Origin: Pseudogymnoascus verrucosus
Taxonomy: Eukaryota
DNA length: 64,000 nucleotides
NCBI GenBank assembly: GCA_001662655.1
Contig: KV460206.1
Reading direction: 5' to 3' (one strand)
Below the pieces are notes generated by a model. The model did no database searches. It was not told the DNA's origin and saw nothing but the letters and a program-made list of their open reading frames with translations. Below are positions 24,201-36,379 of this stretch, in pieces (the first letter of the stretch is position 1; each line of letters begins with the position of its first letter). The position numbers and the translations under genes were made by a program.

Positions 24201-24994
24201 CATCCGCCGGGTTGCTAACAGTGAATGGCATCATTGCAGCAGCAGCCTTCTCTGCCGGCGTAGCCCTGACGCGAGACTTCGGTTGCAGGATTGGACGCAT
24301 GCCGACCGGAGGGATCTTCTCGCGGTACAACGAGCCGTTCGACCCTTCAGATCGAGCGTCGTCGTCGTCGTTATATCGGTACTCACCCGGGAGATGTTCG
24401 AAGTCGAAACTGCGGAAAGATGCCCGAGAATTCGCTCCGGAACGATCCGACCAAACCGGGTCGTCCCAACCAGGCTCTTCTTCATCCAGGACTGCGAAGG
24501 CCAGTTGAAACTCCCGGTCCAGCGCATCATCAAAGTCCAGGTCAGCCTCCAGGTCGCATGCTGCCTGTTCCTCCAGGCCTTCCTTGAAGGCTTGGTTGGC
24601 CTCCTCAAGCATGGCGAGGATTTCAGGATCGACATTCGAGTCGTCCTCTTCTCCTTTATTGGACTGGTCAAACATGGTGAGGATTTCAGGATCGACATTC
24701 GAAGGGTCATATTCTCCTATATTGGCAAGGATCGCAGGATCGATATTCGAGTAATTATGTTCTCCTTTATCAGGCTGCGCCGAAATAGCGAGGAGTTGAG
24801 GATCGATATTCGAATAGTCATATCCTCCCTTATCGGGCTGCGCCGACCTGGATACCGTTAGTAAGATTCCCAGGACTAGAAAGGGTTAATTACAGAGAGG
24901 AGTGCTGGTTATTGGTGGACGCATTCTGCTCCGTGGTTGTTGTTGGTGGGTCCATGATGGTGCTGATGTCGATGTTGGTGCTGGTGTTGGCCAT
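21298..24994 (-). CDS. Large coiled-coil protein with internal repeats and C-terminal hydrophobic segments, 2 exons
   Basis: The 1125-codon ORF extends upstream in frame through intron 24848-24893 to ATG 24994. Long heptad-rich core and two hydrophobic stretches near the C-terminus. Confidence 0.75.
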
Positions 24995-25014
24995 GGTGTT
25001 GGTGGTAGATATCG

Positions 25015-25180
25015 TGAAGTTAATGAAGAAGTTAATGAAGAAGAAGTTGATCAAGAAATTGATCATGAAATTGATGAAGAAGTTGCTGAAGAAGTTGATG
25101 AGGAAGTTGATGAAGAAGTTGATGAAGAAGTTGATCAATGAATTGATGAGAAAGTTGATGAAAGAGTTGATGAAGAAGTG
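25015..25180. repeat. Degenerate 12-bp tandem repeat (GAAGAAGTTGAT)n
   Basis: Roughly a dozen copies visible directly upstream of the ATG at 24994. Confidence 0.9.
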
Positions 25181-25570
25181 AAGTCGATAAATTTAGTTTG
25201 AAGTGTGAGAGTGAAATTAAGCAAGTCAAAAACTGAAGGGTTGTGCCTCAGTTTCTATCATTACTTCTGGCTCCTATTGTGACCGACAGTAGCGAAAGTT
25301 ATAATGGGACTCAATAGACACCACAATAGGAGAACAACGAGGCTAGCTTAGTTTCCCTTGCCAAATAACCAGTACAATAGCTATTGTTCTCAGTCACTGA
25401 CCCCGAATTAACCAATCACTGAAAGGTATTCAATGGAGCTTATATATACAGTTGAAAATAAGTTTGATACAGTTTACCCAATATATGAATGTGAACAAAA
25501 ACCATTCGCCATAGCCAAATCCAGACGCCGTGTTCGCCGTGTTCGCCGTGACATATTATAGTACTCCTCA

Positions 25571-25867
25571 TTAACAGAACATCCCATGAAATGAGTCCCT
25601 TTTGGCTTTTTTAGAGTCCAGAAGTGGCTGCATCACGAGATCTTCGTGGAGTTGCTTCTCGCGTTGAGCCTTCTCAGACTCTGCTTCGCGCCCATACACC
25701 GCCCCAGCAAGGAATGCTGCTGCAACTGCGCCGAAAAAGCACAACGCCGTGGTGGGATCTACGGCGGGAGATTTTTGAAGCCCACTGATGACATCTGCAC
25801 CCAGGCAGACGAGCCAGAATACGACCCCAGTGACCAGGAGGCTTTGTGAAAAGGAGAGGCAAAACAT
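25571..25867 (-). CDS. Small two-TM membrane protein (98 aa)
   Basis: ATG ORF with two hydrophobic segments and a charged tail. TATA-like TATATAG upstream on the minus strand. Confidence 0.45.
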   Translation of the reverse strand: MFCLSFSQSLLVTGVVFWLVCLGADVISGLQKSPAVDPTTALCFFGAVAAAFLAGAVYGREAESEKAQREKQLHEDLVMQPLLDSKKAKRDSFHGMFC

Positions 25868-28088
25868 TCTATGGAAGTCAACGCCCGACGCTTCGATACG
25901 TTTTGGGCAAGAGCACTTACGTCGAGGCCACAAGCAGCAGCTAAATTCTACCGAATATCTTGTAATAAGACTATATATGCCGACTTGGCGCAAGGCAACT
26001 TTGACTCTTTTGCTTGATGGAAGTGAACTGGTCTCGCAAAGGCTTTGGTATCGGTATGGGAAAATCGAAGAGAAAAGAAGAGAGAGAGCGACGACGACAA
26101 ATATGAATCACAAACCATGAATATACTACCGCTACCTTACTTCCATTTAGACCAGGTCTCCGGTCATACCAAAGACCCCATACCGTACGATGCAAGGGAA
26201 CTTTCATTGTGTTTGAGTCCGTCGTCTTCGCCGATGAACAGATAACTTCACTTCGTCCACATTTGACATACTCTACTAAGTACTCTAGCCTCGAAGCCAA
26301 AAAAAAAAGGGGGGGAAGCTAAAACAGAAACATTTAGCTCCTTTAACTCCAAACTACTCGAGTATGGTCGCTCCTAGCTTCCCACCTGAAGAGTCATCAA
26401 AATTGACTACGAACTAGCATGGAGAAACATTCGACCGATCCGCGATAAAATTAGAAAATGTGGTCCGTTGCCGCGGTCCCCGCGGTCTCCGGCATTCCGG
26501 GCTCTTGGCATCATCGTTGCTATGGATACACGATGGTGACGAGTACTTACTCCTTTTTGGACATACCTCGGGACAGAGTGCCATCAAGGTACTTTCGGTC
26601 TCAAGCCGGGTGGATCCTCGAGGGTCTATGAATGGCGAGATCCAGGGGATTTCCAGGGTTTGTGTTCTTGCTAATCCTTTCACATGCGACTTGTTATGCA
26701 GTGAGGGAAACAACGGGGTTGGGGGTTGCGATATGCAGGAGCTGTTTACTTTGTTGGCACGGCGAGTCCAATGGATGCTGTCCACGCGTGCTGGCGGCAG
26801 GAGCCTCACCGACAACCCAACCACCGCAATACTATTATACATGACATGGCATGAAATGAGGCTGGGAGCAGAAAATAGAAGGCAGGATATGACTCTCAAT
26901 TGAGACCTTTCCGATAGTTTCGGTGCACATGCGTTGCAGTTCCCTGGCCGTGTAGTGGCATCTTCCTCGTACTCTGTTGTTTTCCCTGTTTCCCCGGCCA
27001 TGTCCAAGGAACTCCTGAACATCCAAGACTTCCCCGACAACCAATGTTAACCGCCCATTATGTGACAATCCCGTAACTCCACTCCAAGTTCAATTGTAAT
27101 TGGGTGGCGACGCACGTTCAGCTCAAGGCAAATCTCGTGGATCCCACTTAGGAAATGTGGTGGCTGTCTGAGACCTCGCCTACGTTAGCTTTGTTGACAC
27201 CCAAACAAACAACCCCATACAATTTATTGACCTCGACCTCCACAAACTGCCACGAATCTTTCCTCTTCCTTCCTCATCAACACATCTTCCTCAACAATTC
27301 TTACACAAGATTCCTGCACTACCACCTCATCCTCTCTCCACTTCAAAGAAGACTACGAGTTAAGAAGCGTTTATTAAGACGCTTTCTTCCCTCCCTTCTT
27401 CCCAGTGAAGCAAGAGGCCCCTTCTTGTATACCTTTCGTTACTCGGAAGGCATTCGAGAAGTGATCTCTCGCGCCAAAGAGCCGGCAATCTGGACTTTGA
27501 CGCCCGTGTTCCGATCCCCTTCAGCATCTTCCCGTCGACGTATAGAAACGTCGCCGCCGCACCTACCAAGGTCGAAGAAACTCACGTCGAGGGTGAGATC
27601 CAGCTTCCAGCTCCACAGCAGAGCTCCGCCGGACGGGACGGTTACCAATCTTCTTTCACCGCCAGCCTTCCTCCTCAGGAGCAAGAGCAACGCACAGAGG
27701 AAAAGGTCCACATCAACGTTAAGGAGGACCGCCACCACCGTCCGAGCCTATTCCGCAGGTTAGTTTAGAACCCCTATTCCAAACCAATGCCATGCAACAA
27801 CACCCTTGCTGACCCGAATCCCCATCCAGACCTATCCAGGAGCACTCTACCACCCACATTGACGTCCAGTTACCTCAGCGTCACCAAGAGCAGTCGCAGC
27901 AGTTCCAGCCGCAGTTCCAGCAGTCGCAGTTCCAGCAGCCACTGAACCAGTACCACTCGGACAACAACCTCAACTCGACAATCGATATTGCCGAGCGTCA
28001 ATACCGCACCCGCTACCAACCTAACTTCCAAGAACGCGTTAGCATCGAATCCAACGTTCAACCTTCCAAGGTTATCATCAACGACAAC

Positions 28089-28823
28089 ATGGGTTACTAC
28101 GATGAGTCTGGTACGTAGCAATCCTTTAGATGCAACCTTCTCCAAAACTAACTTTCCGTCAAGGTCACTACCACTCCTTCCGCAACGGTCTCCACCGTGC
28201 CGCCGACCGCATTGTGAACGGCAGCCACCACCACCACAACCCCGAGATTGATGTGGAGATCACCTCTACCACCAGCGGTGGCAGCAGCCAAGCTCCCCGT
28301 TCCCAGTCGGTCCAGGGTGGCGGCATTCCCAACACCATCACTATCCCAACCAACCACGTCCGCATTGGCGACATCGTGATCCTCCAGGGACGTGCCAGCC
28401 AGGTCATCAAGATCACCACCTCCCCTGCCACCGGCCAGCACCGCTTCCTCGGTGTTGACCTCTTCACCAAGCAGCTGCACGAGGACTCTTCGTTCATCTC
28501 CAGCCCATCCCCATCTGTTGTTGTTCAGACCGTTCTCGGCCCTGTCCTCAAGCAGTACAGAGTCCTTGACCTGAACGATGGCACCGTCGTCGCCATGACC
28601 GAGACCGTAAGTAACCCCACTTGTATCAGTAGTAGAACCATACTAACAACAATTCCAGGGTGATGTCAAGCAGTCTCTCCCAGTTATTGACCAGTCCAAC
28701 CTCTGGGCTCGTCTTAACGATGCCTTCGAGAGCGGCCGTGGCTCCGTTCGCGTTCTCGTTCTCAACGACCACGGTCGCGAGCTCGCCGTTGACATGAAGG
28801 TCATCCACGGCTCCAGATTGTAA
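28089..28823 (+). CDS. HEX1: Woronin body major protein HEX-1 (AUG-initiated form), 3 exons
   Basis: MGYYDES/GHYHSFR (intron 28111-28163), eIF5A-like core RIGDIVILQGR..GQHRFLGVDLFTKQLHE..KQYRVLD, C-terminal PTS1 ..HGSRL*. Confidence 0.97.
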
Positions 28824-29297
28824 GCGTTAGTCTCAATAGAGGAGATGAGTGTGAAAGCCCAGATGTAATGATGGCGATGAAATTGTGGAAATTTGGCTGC
28901 GGCATTGGGGATTTGATATTTTCGCGGTCTCTTGGTTCAGATATTGCATTGATACAACAGTTGACATGGATCTAAGATGACAGCATTGCTTTCTTCTTGA
29001 TTCGTAGTACAGCTGTGGGTATATTATATCGAGCTGGAGTTGGACAGTATGTAGCATAGAGAGCAATAACTGAGTTTTTGAGAATTCGTATAACTACGTT
29101 CAATATTGTATGGCATGCAAATGTGATTCTTTGTTTCTCAAATAAATAAATAAATGTAACAACAATAAATAAACAAGAATTTAACTTCACCATTTGTGAA
29201 CTTATTTTTCGAATTACTGTTGACGAACAAAATATATAATTATATAAACATGCTTATATTATCTGTAATATTTTGTTTCATTTCCATATTAATTATC

Positions 29298-30104
29298 TCA
29301 ATCGCCTTTCCCACTCCTCACATCGTCTTCCCTACTCGTTCTTCTCCTCCCATCACTATCATTGCTCATCTCTCTCCCAAATTCTTCGCCAGGACTCCTT
29401 ACTCTCCCCTCCTCACTACCCTCATCAACATCACTCTCAGGTCTCCCATTCTCGCCCTCCAACATCACCACATCATCCTCCTCTTCCTCCAACAACGCCT
29501 CAATATCCCCCAACGCACTAACCCGCGGCTCCAACACCTCCATATCCTCCAGCTGCTCCCTCTTCGGCATCTTCCACAGACTCGTCGCGCATATCCTCTC
29601 CTTCGTCAACAGCTCATCCACAAACTGATCCACAAATGTCAAGCTCGTCCCCTGCCTCCCCCTCCTCCTCAGCTTTCTCCCATCCTCCAAATACGGCTCC
29701 AGCGTCTCATAAACCTGCTTCGCCGGCCTCGTCAACCTCACATAAAAGCACGCCAGCGCCCTCAAATACTTGAATCGCTCGCCCCCATACCCCAGGTACT
29801 CCTTCAGAATGTCGTCCCCCGGCCCCAGCTGTAGTAGTTTGAACGCCAGACACAGGAACGGCGACGGCCGTTGCGAGTCACCGTATGTCCCCGCCACGAA
29901 ATGAACGTGCTCGACCACGCGACTCACGATATCGGCCTCGTTCAGCGCGAAGCACTGGTCTTTCCAGAAGTAGCAGTCGATGATGCGCTCGCGCACGGGC
30001 TTCTCGAAGATGGTGGCGGGGTTGAGGCCGTTGGGGGCGAGGGGGGCGGAGGAGCCGCGCTCGTCGAGGAAGCGCTTTTCGTCGGCGCGGTGGTGGCCGG
30101 ACAT
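29298..30104 (-). CDS. PRP38: Pre-mRNA splicing factor Prp38
   Basis: NPATIFEKPVRERII..FWKDQCFAL..PSPFLCLAFKLLQL..FKYLRALACFYVRL..DQFVDELL. Confidence 0.95.
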   Translation of the reverse strand: MSGHHRADEKRFLDERGSSAPLAPNGLNPATIFEKPVRERIIDCYFWKDQCFALNEADIVSRVVEHVHFVAGTYGDSQRPSPFLCLAFKLLQLGPGDDILKEYLGYGGERFKYLRALACFYVRLTRPAKQVYETLEPYLEDGRKLRRRGRQGTSLTFVDQFVDELLTKERICATSLWKMPKREQLEDMEVLEPRVSALGDIEALLEEEEDDVVMLEGENGRPESDVDEGSEEGRVRSPGEEFGREMSNDSDGRRRTSREDDVRSGKGD

Positions 30105-30568
30105 TGTGGTGGTGGGTGGAGGAGATGTGGAGGAGGTTCGGGCGTGGTGACGGTGGCGATGGCGTAGCTCGTGGGTTCTGTTGGTGGTAGGGGGTTGTCG
30201 CGGGCTTGGTGTGGTATAATTCGAGTTGGATTAGTTTGAGATATCGGTGTAGGGCATGGTAATGGCGCTATGATGGAGTGTACTGCGATAGCTGTTGGAT
30301 TGGAGCGGTTTGGTTGGGGAGTGTTTCCTTGAGGCTGTCGCAAAAGTTGATGGCGACAAGGCTGATATCGATTGTCGCCCCACCAACGGCATTTATTTAC
30401 GTCGCCCAGCCTTGCGTACAACCTCGCCCTGGCTTCAAGACGTCGTCCACCCTGGCAAACAGAAACGACTGCAGTCAAACACAATTATGCACCGCCTTTA
30501 AACAACACACATATCGCTTGAATACTATACTATCGCATCCTCACTCTGAGCACCGCTCACCACCCACA

Positions 30569-31170
30569 ATGCTCCTAACCCAATCCCAAGTCTCCGTCTT
30601 CATCTCCGCCGTCACCAGTACGTCCTCACCCATCCACACTCAACCCCCCTCTAACACCCCCCAGTCTTCTTCTTTACCCTCGCACTCTTCCTCTCCGGCT
30701 ACGTCCTCCAACAAAAAACCCTCACCAACCTCCGCGCTGCGATCCGCCCCTCCCACCTCTCCACACCCTCCGACGCACATTTCTACACCCCCTCCTCAAA
30801 CGATGCGCCCTCACCCCTCCCCAACATCTCTCCCCGCGACTCAAGTCAACTTATCGAAGTCACTACCACCCCGCAAACAAACTACCTTGACTTTATAACC
30901 TCCTACCTCCCATCCTCCGGCAAACCCACCACCCCCCGGCGTGGCGGCGGAGTCGTCAGCACAGCGAATAAGATGATCCACCGATGGATTGCGCGGGTGC
31001 GCGGCGAAGAGATAGAAGAGGAGCAGGAAGAAGAAGATGAGAGTATACCAATGGAGCAGTTATCGCGAGCAGCGAGGCGGAGGAGGATTAAGGCGCAGAT
31101 ACGGACGGAGGGGGATGGGGAGGATGTGGATTTCAGTAGGGTTTATAGGCCGAGGAAGAGGGTGTGGTGA
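30569..31170 (+). CDS. Hypothetical protein with N-terminal TM helix, 2 exons
   Basis: MLLTQSQVSVFISAVT, intron GTACGT..CTAAC..CAG, then FFFTLALFLSGYVLQQKTL..LSRAARRRRIK..YRPRKRVW*. Confidence 0.7.
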
Positions 31171-33394
31171 GGTGGGGGAGGTATGGGTATGAGGTTTGGT
31201 TTGAATTTTGGAGTTTCAAAGGCGGATAGAGGGGGAGGAGGGATAGCATGGAATCGGGTGGGTGGGATATTTGATATATATGGAGTTCTATGTAGGAGAT
31301 ACTTACGAGATCAAATAACGACGAAACACGCCTCATCCTACTGAGTTCGCGAAGAAACTATAAATTGGCTGCTCATCTTTCTGTGGGAGAGGTTTGAACC
31401 CAGAGACGTGGCATCATAGACATCCCAAACGGTCGCTTCATCAGGACTCTGCAACAAATGGGCCTCTTGCTGATTGAGAGCCTTCATGCACTCGCCAAGG
31501 CGCCCCTTTCGCTGTCGCGGCGTTCTTGTCACCACCACACCCTCTTGCTGTCGTCCCCCCTTCCTGTCACCGCCCCTCATCCTAACCAGCGCAGAACCAG
31601 CACATCGCCATTTACATCCACTGAGATTAGGAGGATTGGAGGCCTGTACTGCCTCTCAGAGGCCCGTGGAGAATAGGGGCAGATCACTTTGGACAGTGTC
31701 CAAAAGACTTTTTGGTCCGGAAAGATTTGACCGAAGACAGCGTGCGTATATATAGAGGGTGCACAGGGGGAACTGATCATGGTTTGGGATTTGATTTTTT
31801 TGAGTTTAGATACTGGAGGGGAGCGGGAGGGGATGAGATATCTTGACATATGTAGGGATATTTATGTGGGAGCAACTAATTAGACCAAATGCGAGCGAGT
31901 GAAGATATGAGTATATATATCTCCGCTGAAGCCTCATAGCTGAGTTCACCGCAATATGGGTACATTATGAGACACCAACGCATTAGCCGGATCGATAGCC
32001 ATGGTAGACGCTATCGACAAGTCTTCGTCAGCAGGGTCGAATGTGACCCCAGACGACCGCGGACGATCATTATACGATTCGTCGATGGAGATCCAGGGCA
32101 ACTGGACCTGCCCCGTACAATCTGACCAGATCTCTACCATGACTGCGTTGCGAAGGGGAGATTTCTGTACGACAGATTGACGAAGAGTCTGGTGCCAACC
32201 CCTCAAATCCCCAGCACCGCCGGCTCTTCCACAAAAAAACTGTAGCCCTTGTCACCACCCAAACAGCACCCACCGCCACCCTCCTGTCACCAGGCCCCTC
32301 TCACCAGAGGCACACCAGCCCATCACCATCCATATTCCACTCACCCCGCAGCCTGCAATTTTGCTCCGCATTATCTTTTCGCCTGGTAAGGTCGTCCTCT
32401 AGGTCCTCTACTACTACCTCTATCATTCAGCATTACATCCACCTTCCCCGCACATGTAAATATATAGTGAAGTCTGGAGAGCGGGAGGGGGCGGAGATGG
32501 GATGGGCTGTTTTGATATATGAGATTTATGTGCGAGTAACTTACTTTACCAAGAACGAGCGAGTGAAGTAAGAAGTTTATATGCATGCTCAGATCGAAGA
32601 AGTTCAACAAACCCCTTTCCTGGGCCGGTATGGACCGCCCAACTCCACCCCTGATCAGCCTTCCCACCCTCCGGCAAGGGCTGGTTCCAGCGGACATATA
32701 ATGGTTCAAAGCTGTCTTTGTAACGCTCCTTCTGCAACCGATTCTCCCACACAGGCAACCTACATGCACATATCCGGAAGGTAAGGGTATTGCCGTCGGT
32801 TATGTACACTTCTCGTCGGTGTTGTTGCGCTCATCGGCCCCAAGAATCTGACTCTTCGCTCTCACTGTCACCGCAGTTCTGTCTGACGACGCTCCTGTCA
32901 CCACACACTCTCGTCACTGGCCCGTGATTCTCGCCGCCGAAACCTCCCGTATTTATCATTCTGCGCCAGATTTCCATGGACACCACACCGGACAATATCC
33001 AGTTCCAGTTCCATGCCCGCAGCCCAAGCAGGCCCGCCCCACCCCTATGTCCATGTTAATTATTCCGTTGCTGAGGAGCACAGCCTCCTCCACGTGGACC
33101 TTTTATACCTGCGCCCGACTCATACCGTGGGTCTGTGGGTGGACTTGGAGTTTATCATCACAAACGTTGGGGCCGGGGGGAAGGGGAAATCCTTGGGGGT
33201 CTGGGGATAAACTGGTGCTATCAAACGTGTTCAGTGCGGGAAGTGGTCATTGATAAGTATATAAGTATATCTACGCTCCCTATCCAGGCCTGTCCCAAAA
33301 TCCCACCCTCCGAATATCAATTCATAAGTCGTCCCAGAATCCATCCGTCCCCAACCCCCCAGCCCCCCAATCCCACGTCACCACCAGCAGAACC

Positions 33395-34988
33395 TCAAGC
33401 CAACTCCCCCATAGGATCCCAAAGCGGCAACACTTTCGGATCCTGCTTCAACACCTCCCTGACCTCCTTACTCACAAACCTCGGATCCACAACCGCCTGA
33501 TACGTAAACTCATCCATCCACTCATCACTCATAACAAACCACCCTTTATCCCCCGACCCCTCCCCCCACGAATTCTGCACGCGCCACCTCACGCTCTTCC
33601 CCTCAGCATCAAGATGCACAGCCGTCAACACCATCGCATGCGTCATCTTGCTCTCCCCCGCCAGAATGCGATCGCGCTTCGTCAAGCCGAGCTTCACATT
33701 AAAGCCCAGCTCGTAATCAACAAGTCCCGTAGCCATGACGCCGCGGGCACGCTCCGAGGATTGCCCGACGTCGCAACCGAAGAAGACGGGGATGTCGGCG
33801 CGTAGCATGGCGATGCAGGCTGCTTTCATGGTGGGCATGGCGACGTTGACGTAGGTCACTGTGCGTGAAGTGTCGCTGACTACGTTACCCAGGCGGGCGA
33901 CGGTGAGGAGGGTGTTTGGCGCGTTGCGCGGGTCGTTGATGAGACTGAACATGGAGTTGACGTCGACGCCGATTGTGCGGATGGAGAGGGTGGAGGAGAG
34001 CTCAGCGGCGAAGGCGAGAGGAGTGGTGCTGAGAGTCTGTGCGGCGCCGCTGGCATCCAAATATTGCCAGGTGAATTCCGAGGATGGGGAGGGGGGTGGA
34101 CCGAGGGTAAGGGTCAGGATGAGCTGGACTTCGCGCATCATTTCGGCTTTGGCAGAGCGGATGGTGGAGAGGGAGGAGGAGGTGGCGGCGAGGGAGCGGA
34201 GGGTTAAGGCGTTTTCGCGAAGTTTGGTGGTTAGGAGGTTGTTGATGGTGCCGGAGTGGGAGGCGTTGAAGCTGTCGGGGTAGAGGACTTGGGGGACGAG
34301 TCCGTACTTGTTGACGAGGTTGACGATCATATCCCACTGTCCGCCATCGTTGACCGGGGCCTGTAAGAGTTGCTGCACAAGGCGACCCTCAACATCCTCA
34401 TCGGCTGTGTCGAGGATCTGCTCCAGGAACCAGTTGGCCTTCTCGAGCTTGTCCCAGAAGAAGAGGTATGACTGGCTCAACTCGAACGCCTCGAGGTTGT
34501 GGCGCTTCATCAGTGCCACACGGAAGACATTTGTAGCGGCGAAGATCCAGCATCGTCCCGAGGAGTTCTGGTTCGTGATCGGTGCGCCTTCGAATCGGAT
34601 CTTCACATTGAAGATGTGCTGATTTTCGGTGAGGACGTTGCGGTTCTGGAGCACCGTCTTGGGGTCCGCGGCACTTAGTGCTGAAAGCGCCAGTCTAGAA
34701 CCCCGTTAGTAAAGTGCACTATAACCCCGTAGTCAGGGGGAGTCATATGTTATAGCGTGCGTACCGGTTCTTTGGGTCGTCCATCAGCTTCTCTTGCCAC
34801 TTCCAAACATCGCTGATTGAGAGGCCCGAAGCCTCATCAGCGACATATTTCGGTCGCTGCTTTTCGTTTCCTTCGGCCTCATAGCTGCCCTTACTTCCTG
34901 GTGCAGTGAGAGCCAGCTGTCGCATACGCTCAACAGCCTGCTTTTCGGTGTAATCGTCGTACGACGGCCTCGAAGATTGTGATCCCAT
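33395..34988 (-). CDS. LAP3: Bleomycin hydrolase / cysteine aminopeptidase (peptidase C1B), 2 exons
   Basis: ITNQNSSGRCWIFAA (catalytic Cys), MTHAMVLT (His), WRVQNSWG (Asn), C-terminus LPLWDPMGELA. Confidence 0.95.
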
Positions 34989-36379
34989 ATTCTTCTTTCT
35001 GCTCACGTGGGCACTATAGACTGCGGTTTGATAAGGGCCAAAGATATATAGTAGGCTCTAGGGAGTTTAGGTCGTGATCAGAGAACAGCCAGTAGAGAAT
35101 AAAGTCTTGCCAGTACCATATATTAAATACCAAAGTCTGATGTCAAGAGAGGTGAAGCGTCTGTCTCACAAGTGGCCATCTGACTCTTTAACTGTGGGAG
35201 TAGATAAGGCGCCATGTGTGGGGTAACGTAACCGTGGTGGATGGATGGGGCAGGTACAGCTGCCGAATCCGGTTAGGTAGCGGTAACCAATTGTAGCCTA
35301 TACTACGAAATTTGTGACACTATGATAACCGGAGACAGCACTATCTTGTAGCCCTGACGCCGGCCAATATTAAGGCTTTACTAAAACCCCGCTATAGTCA
35401 CAGTCATAGTCATAATGTAACATTTATTTGGGAATATGCCATGCCATTTCTCATGCCGTAGATTTGTAGGTTTTGTTCAATATCCGTCACTTAACTGACC
35501 AAGCTACAAAACAATCATCATCTTCAGCCATCGAGAACCACCACGTATCTACCACTCCCACACCAAAGAGTAACTACTTCGAGATGCCACTTCCTCCGAT
35601 ACTAGAGCCCAGAGCTGTCCAGTCTCCCAGTGTAGTGGGGGAGGTGCTCGGCGCAATAGGCACAGGGCTATTTAACTGGGCAGAGAAGATGATTTGGCAG
35701 AGTCTTGGACTTGGGTAAGGACTTCTCATCCACACACTGGGGCAGAAAAGAACGACTGTTAACATATGTAGGAACTCGACGTGAGAGACGATAATCAAAA
35801 TAATGGATTTGGGATGGGCCGTGAGGGTATATTCGCGTGGAGGTAAGCTGACCCGAAGCTCTTCGTGCTACACTATTGTTGGTGAACATGGCACAGAGTT
35901 CTCGGTGAGATGGTGCGACACAGAGACAAAACAAACGAGACGAGTGAAATGACGCCTATTTCTACCATGTAGGAACCTACATATGAGGATACCATCTCTC
36001 CGCCGTCTCTCATCATACACCATCTCGGATTTCGGACGCAACTTTCTCGGATATGCTATTTGTAGAGGCTGTGAAGACAGAGATGGCTGACGCATTATAG
36101 GGAATCTGAAAGCCATCAAAACAACACCCGTCTTGCACACCTCGCCGGCTGTGGTACTTCGGATTCCGACAACCGAGTATGGACGTCTCAGTGCTGTCCT
36201 TCCCGCGGGTGATATTTGCTACATGGGCACTGGCCGGCCTGCCAAAGTGACGAGACCGACTGGAATACACTGGATGGCGGAGATTTACTTGTTCAAGCCC
36301 AAACTTCCAGTCGAGGCGGGGGATGCGGAGAGGTATATTGGGGACGAGGGTGAGAGGTGTATCGCTGGCGCTGATAGGA

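Noticed and set aside
24890..25229. ORFs such as MKKLMKKL.. and EEVDEEVD..
   Set aside because: By-products of the 12-bp repeat, which is stop-free in several frames.
26414..27040. 208-aa and 147-aa ORFs upstream of hex-1
   Set aside because: No domain features or codon bias; probably regulatory intergenic DNA.
27155..27763. 202-aa ATG ORF overlapping the hex-1 leader
   Set aside because: Different frame from the HEX-1 extension, non-protein-like composition, and its ATG probably lies upstream of the TSS.
31338..33253. Cluster of short ORFs and a possible intron at 32781-32876
   Set aside because: Splicing leads straight to a stop, and no coherent gene model emerges.
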